Shown: positions 38,861-55,981 of the stretch, piece by piece
How positions within the stretch are numbered: the stretch's first letter is position 1
How the letters are laid out: each line of letters opens with the position of its first letter
Origin: Felis catus
Lineage: Eukaryota
NCBI RefSeq assembly: GCF_018350175.1
Contig: NC_058369.1
Coordinates: 19,470,001 to 19,534,000 of the forward strand
Reading direction: 5' to 3'
Length of the DNA: 64,000 bases
Program-made: the position numbers and the translations under genes
Notes under the pieces: model-generated
What the model saw: only the letters and a program-made list of their open reading frames with translations
Database searches by the model: none
What the model was told of the DNA's origin: nothing

Positions 38861-40368
38861 GCTCTCACATGGAGATGCTGTGAGTTAAATTACAGCGTCT
38901 GTGCATCCTAAATTACCCACAGCCCTCCAGTTGGTTCAAGTGCTAATGTATTTATAGCATCTAGAGGAGGGAACACATCCCAAATCTTCCCTACACGGGC
39001 CTCCTTGGCCCTCACATCCTGACACATGGTATTTGCCCAACAGAAGGTCTGTGCTGCTGCCCCCGCATCCCCTCCAGAAAGCGGAGGACAGCAATGGTGG
39101 CGAGGCTGGGCATGGGGTCATGCTTCTGTGCATGCTCACGTGCGCATGCATGCTCAGAGTAGAAAATTGCTCAGTTCCTGGGGTCTGGATAAGCCCCATG
39201 CCTTGCTCACATGCCCCAGACTGGTAGAATTCCTGAGGGATGTGGGGTGGGTAGACAACGGGTGGGTGGGCTATGCTATCAAATGCTATCAAATAGGTCT
39301 GTTTCCCATGGGGCTACCCCCACCCCGTTTCAGGCAGTCAGAAGTCCCCAGATAGCCCACAGCCTGTGACCACTGCCCTCAGACCAGTAGCCTCTCCCAC
39401 AACCCTAGATCCCCAATATACACCAGGACAGGGAACCATTTTCAGAAGCAGGTTACCTGGCTTGTAGAGCCCAGTGAAGAGATGAGATGGGCAGCAGGAC
39501 CTTCACCTTGGCTTTCCTTTCCCTTCAGTCCCAAACACTGAAGGCAGAGAAGGTGGCCTATCCTGGTGCTCCCACACACATCAAGGGGTGGGGTGGACTT
39601 GGAGGGTGGGGCCCATGCAGAAGGTCTTCATCCTACCCTGTGCTGGGATACGCACATCCTACCCTGCACATGGGCACATTCACGCACATGTCTGAGGCCT
39701 TTCAGCAGGTCCAGGCACTGTGTCCCTCTATACCCATTCCTCTACTTCCTTTGCTCTTTCCCAGCCAACAGCTGGCTGCCAGGGAGGGTGGCTGGGAGGC
39801 CTTATGGACCCTCCAAAATACAGATGGGCCTTGGGTAGGAGCAGCCCTCTTCCTGGCATCCTTGCCCACTTGGCAGTTCTTGCTTCATCCCTGGGCTTCT
39901 CCTGGGGCGACCCAGTTGGTTGCCTCTCTGCACTGTAGAGGAGGCTCCAGATTCTGAAGACAGGTCTCTCCCTGACAAAGGGGAAACCCTCCCTACTCCT
40001 CTCTCCTTTCCCCTCCCATCCCATGTCTCTCCCCCCCCCCCCCCATTTCCTCCACATTAGAGGAGCAGACCATGATGTAAGGAGTCTGGGGAGGACACAA
40101 GGAAGCTAGCATAGCTCTCAACCTTCCTGACATGAGGGATGCCCTCCATGCCAGGGCCCTCAGATCAGGGGACATCAGTAGCCAGATGTCCAGCCTGCCT
40201 GGCCAGGGCCTCTCTTAGAGCCTGGAGAGTCAGCAGGTGGGTCCTGGGAATAGCTGGGCCTTGGCAGGGCAGGTCCTGAGAGTAGGTCTTAACAATCACG
40301 GAGTGGGCAGCTCAATGGGCACTGTGGCAGGTGTCTTCATCAGAAGTCCAGGCCTGTCCCCGGGGCAC

Positions 40369-45460
<5,092 letters not shown>

Positions 45461-46869
45461 CTGGAAAAGAAAGAATAAAAAACCATGAGGCTTAGAACAG
45501 GACTCAGTGGTAACATCAAATACCCCTAAGTTATGAAGGCACTGGGGAAATAAAAGTTTGAGGGCAAAGGCAAGTTCAAGGGACATCAGGACATGTGCTT
45601 TACTTATGTACAGTTCCCATGTGGATTTAGGAAGGTGAAAATGAAGCCCTTCCCCTTCTCTGAGGGTATGATAACCATAGTGATCGTACTTGGAAGATGT
45701 GAAAGGGGGCGGGGAGGTTTGAAAGAAAAAGTCTCTCCCCTGTGTAATAGCCACCTTCCCACCCCTACTCCCCGCATTTCCCATCTCCTCACTCCCTGCC
45801 CCCCATATCCCTCACCTCCTGCTTGGAGAAAAAAATACTGCAGCTTTTTCCTTTCCTGGAGGGAAACACTTGCCCAAGAGTCAGATGACCTTAGGCATGT
45901 CACTCCACTTCTGTGTCTCAGTTCTCCTGAGTCTGAGATAAAACAAAAACAAAAACAAAAACAAAACCCCACCTCCCTCACAGGTTCGTTAAAATGGCAG
46001 AATGAACTGGTCCCTTGAAAAGACTTAGCTCAGCGCAACCCTTGCCCACAGTAAGCACCCAATGTATAGACCTTCCCCACTGGGCAGCCCACTTGGGAAA
46101 GAAGCCCCTGGACCCAGCCAATTTTGTGATCCAGGCTGTGTTTGCAGTGGGGCAGGGCAGGTGTGGAGAGCCCAGAAGGCAGGAAGGGGAGAGAGGCTAA
46201 GGTCAGGTCCTCTGGCACGACTTCTCTGCAGGCTCTTAGGGTCACAGGACCTCCATAGGGGAGCTAGGGGCTGCCGGAGACAAGGAAAAACCAGGTGAGC
46301 AGGGAGTGTGTCTTCATATGCAGGGATGGAGCACCCACTCTGAGATGATTCTCCCCCCCCCCCTCCTCCCTTGGGAGGAGAGGGTGGGAGATGTGGCAAG
46401 AGGGTGTGGCTTAGGTCTTCCCGGGCCAGAGGGCGCAGGGTAAGGCAAGGTGGGAAGGGGGCCCATTCAAGCTGCCTAAGGGCAGGTCTAGGGAGAAGGG
46501 GGAGATACACAGCTCATGGCTGCACACATACCTCCCTGTCCTAGCTCATGGGTGTATGTGGGGTGCCTCCCTGTGCAGGTGCATGGGTGTGTGTGTGAGG
46601 AGTGTACACACTAATGATGGCTCCTTAGGAAGTGGTAAGGTTGGCAGAGGGATATGGGGGCTCATCCCTCTCTGCCCTCTCCCTCCAGCTAGGCTGAACG
46701 CGTCAGCAGCCCCAGGTTCTTCCTTGGCTCTGCCTCTGACCCCAGACATGACCTTGGGCCAGACCCTTAACTCTTGCTCTGGGCTCTCTTTATTCCTCGA
46801 TCCAAAGCAGAGAAAAGGCCCTGCCCATCACTGTCTGGGACTGCCTGAGGGTCCAAAGGGCAAGAGAAT

Positions 46870-47580
46870 GAAACGGGTGAAATGGGTTGGCACCGCGACC
46901 TCCGAGAACCCGCATACCGTTCTCTACCAGGTTCTTCAGTCCTCCCTGCTCCAATCCCCATCCCCGCTCTGCGACTCTGTGATTCCTCCATTCTTGCACA
47001 GAAGCTGCGACCTCAGCACTTACTTAATCCTCTCTGGGACGCCGAGCTCAGCCGGAGAGGCTAGGGGTGATGGCGATCGGCAGGAGGCCAGGGCCGGGGA
47101 CTGCGGGTCCGACCCCAGGTCCGCCCTCCCAGTGCGCTCCGAGCCGGGGCGGGGCCAGCTACAGCGCACCGCCGGCAGCCGTGAGTGCCGGCTCAGTCGG
47201 CTTGGGCCGGGACAAGCGGGGCCTGGACCCACCGCGGGGGTGGGGCCGAGGCGAGTAGCCCCAAGGGTCCCCCATGCTCCAGTGCCTCGCCTCTCTGCCC
47301 GCTCCGCGCTCTTGGCTCCCGATTGGCTGTCAGGCCCAGAGCCTGCCCGGCACTGGCCCGATTGCCTGTCGCTCTGATCTGGCTCCGCCCCCAGCAGGAG
47401 CCGGACACTGGGTGTCGGTTCTTGCAGATCACCCCTCGCTCCCCGTGGCCTTTGCTAAAGTAGGGTCGAGGACCTTGGATGGCTAAGCCCTTCTTGCACT
47501 AGAACTCGGGCGGAGCTCTACCTCCGCCGAGATAGACGCGTGCGCCCGAAACGCAGGCGGACGCTGAAGGCTCGGGGAGA
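46870..47580 (-). promoter_or_regulatory. C3orf18: CpG island: C3orf18 promoter and non-coding first exon(s)
   Basis: CpG-dense. CCAAT on the minus strand at 47322-47326, GC box 47383-47391, minus-strand donor AA|GTAAGT with exon ending at 47024. Confidence 0.75.
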
Positions 47581-48179
47581 GCACTGGACTGGGAGTCCTT
47601 GGACCTCCATTGAACTCTGGCTCGCCCCTCTATGGCTTTGTGACTTAGAGCAAGATGCTTCCCCTCCCTGGGGCTCGCTTCCTGCTCAGATGGGCTCTAC
47701 TGAGAGGCCTCTTGGGTAAACGCCCACCCCAGGCTAGAAATGGGGTAGCTTAGTTCAGAGAAGTTGGGAGCAGGATCGTATTATTATTATTGGATTGGTA
47801 TTATTATTGGGCAGCCTGACACAATCCTACATATATTCCTCACAATAGTCTCCATCCACAGCGCGATCATCTCAGGGGAGGGACCCTCGGATACCTTCTA
47901 ATCTTCGGATTTTCAAGGGAGTTTACGAGGATTAAGGGTCTGGGATCGAGCCCAGGAAACTGCATGTTTAATAGTAGTTAACAGTGATCTAGTTAACAAT
48001 AGATCCTGGTGGTAGGAGGGTGTCAGCAGATCACACTTGTGTGGGACAGGTCACACTTTTGTGGGACACTGCCGTGAGTTTTATAGAAGGAGCAACTGAG
48101 GCCCAGAGTGAGCTGGCAACAGCCAGAGTTCGAACCCAGGTCTCCAGCATCCAAACCCTAAAACCTGGGAGCAAGAGGG

Positions 48180-49080
48180 TCAAAAGCGGCCCTGGGGTCT
48201 AGTGACCCCTGGCCCCCAGCGCAGCTCGGACCACTCTCGGCCAGGTCTTGAACACTGGGTCCCGCCCTCAGATTGCTACCGTCCCTACCACTGGAATCCA
48301 TCCAAGTGCTGCTAGGCCTGTACAGAGGCTACGCTAGACCATGCCCCTGGACATCGCACTCCAATTCTCAAACCCTGGGCTGGCTGCTAACAGCCCCGTT
48401 GGGGCTGACCACGCACCACCGCGGCTGGGTACCCAAACGCCAGCTCGTAGTAGTCCCCGCGGGCTGGGGCCATGTCCCCTCCGTGACCTTCAAGAAGAAT
48501 GGGGAGACCTGGCTCCTAGGGCGCAACCTCCCACACATCCACGCACCCTGGCGCGGGTGGACTACCGGCGCACCCCGCGTGGCTTTCACAGCCTCCTCAA
48601 CAGCCCGCAGCGGCTTCCCGGGTGGAACCCAGTAGCTCTAGGAACTCTGGAGCTGGGCAACTGGGTCCGCCCGAGTCCTTTCTCAGAAGCACCGACACCG
48701 GAAGCAGGGCGTCCGAGGGTGCTCACGTCGGGTCTTGCATATCCGGGGGCCATGCCCCGGCAGTTTCTGCATCCGGGCGGGCGGGCGGGCGGGCGCGGTA
48801 ATTCTTCAGGCCGGTACGTGCTAGAAATGGGAACCGGGACGGGTGCCCCTGGACTGCAGCACTCTCGAGACCCCCACTCCGCGTTATATAGATGAGGAAA
48901 CAGGCTTGGGGAGAGGCGACCTTGCCTGGGTCAATAACGATGCTTTGCAGAGCTGAGAGGGAAGCTGCGTCCCGGACTTCAGGCCTTGGCTCCTCCTGGG
49001 GCAACGCTCAGGTGGACAGAGCTGCTCTGGAGACCGGAGGACGTGGGTTTGTGTCCTGCCTGGGACAGTGCTAGCGAGGT
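48180..49080 (+). promoter_or_regulatory. HEMK1: CpG island: HEMK1 promoter and non-coding exon 1
   Basis: CpG-dense. GC box ~48665-48672, ETS CCGGAAG 48698-48704, candidate donor CCG|GTACGT at 48814. Confidence 0.75.
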
Positions 49081-49835
49081 GATTTTAGGCAAGTCGCTCT
49101 CCCTCCCAGCTGGTCTCTGAAGGTGTGACACTTAGCAGGTGCTCAGTATGCTAGTTTGGACCTTAGTCCGTGCGACGGGAAAGGGGACCACTAATTTTAA
49201 ATCTTCTGTTAAATCTTGTTTGTGATAACTTAAGTATAAAGTTAACAAATAATCGTCAATTTCTTTTTGGCTGGGGATTTATGCTGATGTTTAGGATTAT
49301 GGGTTAAACGGGGCAGGGGGAGAATTTTAGCATACAAATCAGTCCATGCAAAATGTCAAAAGCAAAACAAAGCTCCCAAGCAAAGGCAATCTCCTCTCTT
49401 CTTGCAATATTAGTTAAGAGCATGTAACATTGAGTCCCTCCCGTGTGTTGAGCTGACTCTCAGGCCCTTGACATTCATTGTCTGCTGCACTGCTCACGTG
49501 GAGTTGACGCTATTCTCCCCATTTTATGGGGGACACTGGAACTCAGAAATAATTACTTTCCCAAGTCGCACACACTAGATGATACAGATCTGTTCAGCCC
49601 TCAAGCCTGAGCCCCGACCCATCACCAGGGACTGAGCTCTGGGTTCAGCCCACTTCAGCTAAAAACATGATGAAAACATAATTGGCCAAGACAAGAAGAA
49701 TCAAATAAGTGGGTGAGGGTCTAAAATGGAGTTAAGGAGGTAGCAGAGCAAGAGCATGCCCTCTCTCAGGCAGCAGGTCAGGGAAGAGTGGGTCACACAA
49801 GACTCAGCTGCTCTCCTGGTTCTTCTCTCTTCCAG

Positions 49836-49987
49836 GTTGGCAGTCACATTTGGATCAGAGCCACCTTGAGGAGCCAGAGCCTGTGACCATCTCTACCTGG
49901 TTGGAGCCAGTGACCCATCTTCAGCAGCTGACATCACTTGGAAGACTTAGGGACCTGGGAGCACTCAGGAGAGCCTTTCCCTGAGAC
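49836..49987 (+). other. HEMK1: HEMK1 5'UTR part of the first coding exon
   Basis: Acceptor 'ttcttctctcttccag' ends at 49835. No upstream ATG in this segment; strong Kozak context GACATGG. Confidence 0.8.
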
Positions 49988-52900
49988 ATGGAGCTTGGGG
50001 ACCGAATGCTCCGGGCCCTCCTGTCTGGCCTGGGAAGGAAGGGAGGCACCAGGGGCTGGGCCTTCAGCTCATGGCAACCCTATCTGCCCCTGGCTGGGTT
50101 GTTGAGTGCCACAGAGGTGGTCAGCCACTGGACTGCAGTCTTTGAGAAGAGGGGCATCCCTGAGGCCCAGGCATCCAGTGAGTACATCGTGGCTCATGTC
50201 CTTGGAGCCAAAACAGTTAAGTGCAGTGTTATTAAGAGGGCAGAATATGGGGGAGGGAGAACCTTAGGGAAGAACATCCAGGCTTTTCTGCCCCACTGAG
50301 AATGCTAAGCTAAGAGTGATGGGGTTTTTCTGAAGGCGTGTCTTAGATGGATACTTATTCATTCACCCAGCTAACGTTTACAGTGTGTGCCAGGCAGTAG
50401 GGATCCAGGGATGACCAAGGTGGTCAGTGTTGGGCCCACAAGCATTGTCCACCTAAACCTGGGTCAGGCCCTTGGATCAGGGAAGGCAGCCACTCACATT
50501 CTCTGTGGGGCAGTTTCAGAGCCTGAGACCAGTACTTCGGACCCAGCCCCTGAGTCCTTGGCAGCTACAGCATGTGCAGAAGCTGAGTAGCTACCGATTG
50601 CAAAGGTGAGCATCCATGGGCCAGACCTGAGGGCTCTGTGTGGGGAACAGATGTCTGATTTCCTCCAGCCCAACTAGTTCGTGGTCAGGGAGGAGGAAAG
50701 TATCCAAGGACTAGGAAGGTGTTGGTCTGAGGGGTTGATGAGAGGGGAATCAGGCAAGTAGAAAGGGAGAAGGGAGGGAGGGAAGGCCTTGGCTCAGAGT
50801 CCTGGGGCAAGGAGGACGACCCTGACGCTTTTGGTATCCCACAAGTTCTCTCAAATCAGTCATGGTCCTATTGGTCCAGGCTCTAGCACTGATGTCACCC
50901 AGCTGCCTCCTCTGTAGGATGCCTGTGCAGTACATCCTTGGGGAGTGGGACTTTCAAGGGCTCAGTCTGAAGATGGCCCCCCCAGTGTTCATCCCTCGCC
51001 CGGAAACTGAGGTAGGTGTGGCACCAGGACAGGGCAGGATGGGGATGAGGGTGGGGTTTAGGGTACCTGTCTTGCTCCAGATTTCCTCCAGGGGGCGCTG
51101 GGACCCTGTGATTATTGTCCTCAGAGGCCTTGCTTTTCCATACTGGTGTCTCCTGGAAGGCTTGGTAGGTGGGGCCAAGAGTGTAGAGGTCTCCTTCTGG
51201 CCTCCTTGAGTGTCCTCACATCCCAGACCAATGTCCTAGCTCCCAGACATGGCCTATCAAATCCATGGGGGGAAAGTGCCTTCCTCCTATCTCAGGAGGC
51301 GTTGGTGGAGTGGATAGGGCTCCAGCTGGACACCTGGAGGCCTGGTACAGCTATGTGACCTCAGGAAAGTCATTGACCCCTCTGGCCCACATGATAAAAG
51401 GGTTGGGCCAGGGAATCTGTGACTTGGTGGTTCTCTTAGATCCACTGTCTGGTCAGGTAATTACCCGTGTCCCTCAAATTACTAGGACTAGGGATTGGGT
51501 GGCCCTAGATACTGTCTGTTGGTAAGGCACCCTTATTGTGGGAGAGATGCTTTCTGTAGCCCTTCTTGGGCTTCCTCTTGACCTTATAGGGAGCCAGAGA
51601 GAACAGAGCAGGTGGATGAGGCTGTGTGGGGGCTGATGGGCAAGCTAGAGGGAACCAGGCTCTGAGAAGGAGTGTTGCTCAAAAGGTACCCAGGCATACA
51701 AACATTCCTAGGAAAGATCATACCTCATTCACCTGCCCAGACAGGTACCCAGAGTCCCACCTCATCTTCCTAGACTCTTTCCCCTGGCCAAGAAACCTTC
51801 TGACCCCATTCACTTCCACATCATGTGGTTCAGAGGCCAGGTCCTCACTTTACAGCCCAGTACTGGGAGGGACAGTAGGGAATCTGAGAACTACCTAAAG
51901 TCACAGGGCTGCCAGTGGAAGGAGCGTGGGGGCAGCACTCGGACTTTCTGACTCTGGGTCAGGGCCCCACATCTCCCATAGGGCTGTCCCATCTGGGATT
52001 GGATGAGCTGGGATGGAATGCGGAGATCCAGAGCAGGAAGTGGTGGTCTGCCACCTGTAGGTTCTTGGGAGGCTACCCTGTGTCTTTCCCAAGCATGTGA
52101 CCTCTGGCTGGGAGCTCACTTACTGTCTCCTGAGGCTGCCAAGGGTCAGGACATGGGAGGGAAGCTACCATGATGACCTTTCAGTCCCCTCAGAGCTGAT
52201 CTGACACCAGCCATGTGCTCCAGGGTTCTGAATGTGGAATGTGGACTTCTGGCTCACATGGGGGCCCCCCATTCCTGTGTGGGTCTGGGCCAGAGAGCAG
52301 CTCTGTTGCAAGGAGCAGGGGGAGGGGAGAATGGAGGGGGAGGCTGTGGTTGGGAGGTCAGGTCCTCACCTCACTGCGCAGACATTTCTGAGAACTTGCC
52401 AGGTTTGCCCTAATGTGAAGCCACATTGGGGGTGCTTTACCAAGAACTTGAGAGGACGTGGCCTGTGGCAGGGAGTAGGGAGAATGGGTGCAGGGAACAG
52501 TTCATGGTGCCTGTGATCTTTCTATCCACTGGAGGACAGTTTCTGATGATGGGGGCAGAAGTCAGAAATGTAAAGCTGTAGGTGGCATGTGGCTCGATGA
52601 GTTGGGCTTTCCCTGTGGGTGGGAAGGTGGCTCAGTCCCCAGGCTGGCGGTGTGTACAGTGGGAAACCCAAGGCTGAGAGTGTGAGCCATTCATATCCAA
52701 TTGGGCAAGATGAGGCTCTGCGGGGTATGGGAGACTCAGTGCCTTATCTGTGATTAGCTTGAAAGAGGCAGTGCCACCTTCATGGGGCTGCTGTCTCAGA
52801 CTTCTTGACGGAAGCTGTCTGTTCCCCACATTCCCTTCTATCCCCACCCCATCATGGTTTTGGATTCTTCCCTTACTCACCTAGAAGAGGTGCCCTGAGT

Positions 52901-55900
52901 CTGAGGCCAGCTCAGCTTTCAGCCTCCTCTAAAGAGCCACCAATTTTAGGCTGATGGAGGCTGGAGGCTCTTCACTTGGTGAGGAGGAAAGTTTGTGGAC
53001 TTCTTGCAGGTGGTCTCTACCCCTATAATTGTCCCATAGCCAAGTTGATCCTCAAGTGGTCTGGAGTGTAATAGAGGGTCCAGGGGACACTCAGCTTCAT
53101 GCGCTCCCTGGGATGGCCGTTCATATATGTTGTATGTCTCTCTGAGGTCAGGGGTGTCTCTGTGAGGTGGCTGGCCAGTGTGGCTGTCCAAGGGGTCATT
53201 CTCCAACCAGAGTAGGTCTGTCTGTGGCCAGGAAACCAAGAGAAGTTCACACCCCTGACAAGCCTCAGCTGTCCTACCAGATGCTCAGTATGTGGCCTCA
53301 GTGCTGAGCCCGCAATCTCCCACCACAGCTCTAGACTTCTCGCGCTATGGTAGTCCCAGTGCTATGGGCCCAGGTTGCTGCAAGCACCCCTGCAATCTCC
53401 AGTAGTGCCTGGTACAGGACTAGTGGGAGCAAGTGAGGGAAACAGGAAGGGTTAAACCCATAGGCCAAGTCCTACCTGCCTTGAACTTGCTACCCTGGGC
53501 ACAGGTGAGCTTTGCTCCTGGGATTGGGGGGCCTGGAAGGATAAAATGCCTTTTGGGACTCAGAACTGAGGAGCTTATATGGCAAATGGGTCTGAGTGAT
53601 CTGGAGCTGTTGAGCTTTACTGTTGATATTGGGAGTTTGGGAGGACCTAGGGGAGTCTGAGACTTAGAGGGTAGCTTCCCACGACCACTGAGAGCTTGCC
53701 CAGCACTTGGAAAGTGGCCAGGAGGCCCCTCTGAGGGTCAGGCTTTGCCTGTGGGACACACTGTGATGGGTTAGATTCCTGGTCTTCCCATCATGGAGCC
53801 TTCAGTCTGGTGGGAAAGGCAAACTGCATCCTGGACTTTAGACTCATGGTGAGGAGCCATGGTAGAGAGAGCCTGGTGGGGCGGTGGGGGTGAGGAAGCC
53901 TTTCTGGAGAGGTGGACCTGTTTATAGATGAAGGGAGCACCCACTTGCAGACCCCTTTGCCCATTCCTGAGCCAGCCCTGCCTAGGATTCCAGGAGTCCC
54001 AAGTAGGGAAATTCTCCTAAGGGTTGTCTTTGAGAAGGAAGCACACTGCCCTTTCCCAGTTCCATGCCTGGCTGCTTGGGCCCTCACTCCACTGCTCATT
54101 AGAAACAGTTGGCTACTGGGCAGCAGCAGCCCTCCACTCTCACCTCCACCCTGTATTGGTTTCCATGCACAGTCCCTGCAGGTAGCAGATGGGTGGACAA
54201 GACTTGAAAGCCTGTTGTTTCCAAAGTGACAGTGTCTATAAGTGTCCCCAGGCCCCCAAGGCAGGTGCAATCAGGCACCTCCCACCACACTATGCCCACT
54301 TATTCCCATGCCTTGTGTATGCATGCCACAGCCCTCTTCGGATATGGGGCTTAGGTGGGACTGTGTTCTCCCTACTATGCCCCACCTCCATGGAGGCAAT
54401 TCCCTGTCCCTCCCTGGGGCCTTCTAAGTTCAGCTCTATGAAGAAGCTGGGGCCACTCTGGCCCCTGATAATTGGCCATCATGAGCTGTGAACCAGGCTC
54501 CAGGAGGGGCCTTGACCCCTGGGCCTTAGCTTCCTCATGGACCATTTGTGAGGATCCAACAGATTAATGGAGGGAAAGTTCTGGAATCAGGGCCAGTCAA
54601 AGAGGAAGTGGTCGAGGAACATCAGGCATGGTTCTAGCATTGCCATGTGCACAAAACAGAGGCTGTCTATAAAAGGCCTAGCTGAGGTTTATTGAACACT
54701 TACCATGTACCAGGAAGGGGACCCATGTCTCACGAATGTGTTTCTGTTTAATGTCCCCAGCATCCTGATGAGGTGGGTTATCATCCACTCAGTTTCACAG
54801 GTGGGGAATCTGAGGCCTAGAGAGGCAGAGTGACCTGCCCATGGCCTGACATAAAGTTCAGTCTAGCTTTAGACACCCCCCTACATTGACCCCTCTAACC
54901 ATGCTTGGGCCTCTGTGCCAGTACCCCCTGGAGGGCCGGGTTGTCACTAACTCTGATCCAGACCCCTTTGCCTCACAGGAGCTGGTTGAATGGGTGCTGA
55001 AAGAAGTGACCCAGAGTTCCTGTCCAATGGGAGCCCAAGGTGGCCCCCTCATCCTGGAAGTGGGCTGCGGATCGGGAGCCATCTCCCTCAGCCTGCTGAG
55101 TCAGCTTCCCCAGGTGAGCCCCCTCTGCGTCCCTGTGCCCCACCCTGAGTAGACTGGGATTACCACTCACTGTCCCACAGATCCTTTCCCCACCCGTTTC
55201 TGCTAGAAGCACTTGAGAGGAGGTGGCCAGATATGGGAAGACAGGGCTGCCCTCAGCCTATCATGGTCATAGCCTCTAACTCTTTTCCCTTTTTCTCTGG
55301 CCAGACCCTGGCTACAGAGAGGGGAATGGCTGTTGGGTATTTCCCTCCTCTCTAGTAGGGGTTGGAGGAGAGCTCTGGTCCCCAGCCCTGGCCTCTCCAG
55401 GCACCTGCCCCCTACATACCCATCATTTATTCTTGGGGCAGAGTCGAGTCATTGCTGTGGATAAAGGAGAAGCTGCCATCTGCCTGACCCAGGAGAATGC
55501 TCAGAGGTAGGCGGGCTGGGGAGACAGAAGGTCAGGGTTGGGGAAGTCTGACTTTGGGACCTGGTCTCAGTCCCTATTCAGGTATTAAACTCACTGATGT
55601 CTGTTTTCTACTCCTAAGAAAGGGGAGGTCGGGGGGGGGGGGTTGCCTGGCATGGGTCCCACAGGGTTATGAAGGACAGTGGGTACCAGATAACTGCCAG
55701 TCCAAGAAGAGTTTATTCTCATAGTCCTGGTAGCCACAAGAAGGAGCCTCCCCTGTGCTCACCCTCACTTCCCATCTCTTCAGGCTTCGGTTGCTGGACA
55801 GAATTCAGATCGTTCCCCTGGATGTGACTTTAGGTATCTTCCCTACCCATCTTCCTTGGGGTGGGGATCCTCAGCACAGGTGCTGACTGGTGGAGAGATG

Positions 55901-55916
55901 GATGGAGGGCTTCCCC

Positions 55917-55981
<65 letters not shown>

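Noticed and set aside
39273..39292. 10-bp tandem duplication ATGCTATCAA in the C3orf18 3'UTR
   Set aside because: An ordinary slippage duplication with no evident functional motif.
46556..47377. 273-aa ORF, the longest in the track
   Set aside because: It runs through a GC-rich CpG island antisense to C3orf18, starts at GTG and shows no recognisable domain. Scarcity of stop codons explains its length.
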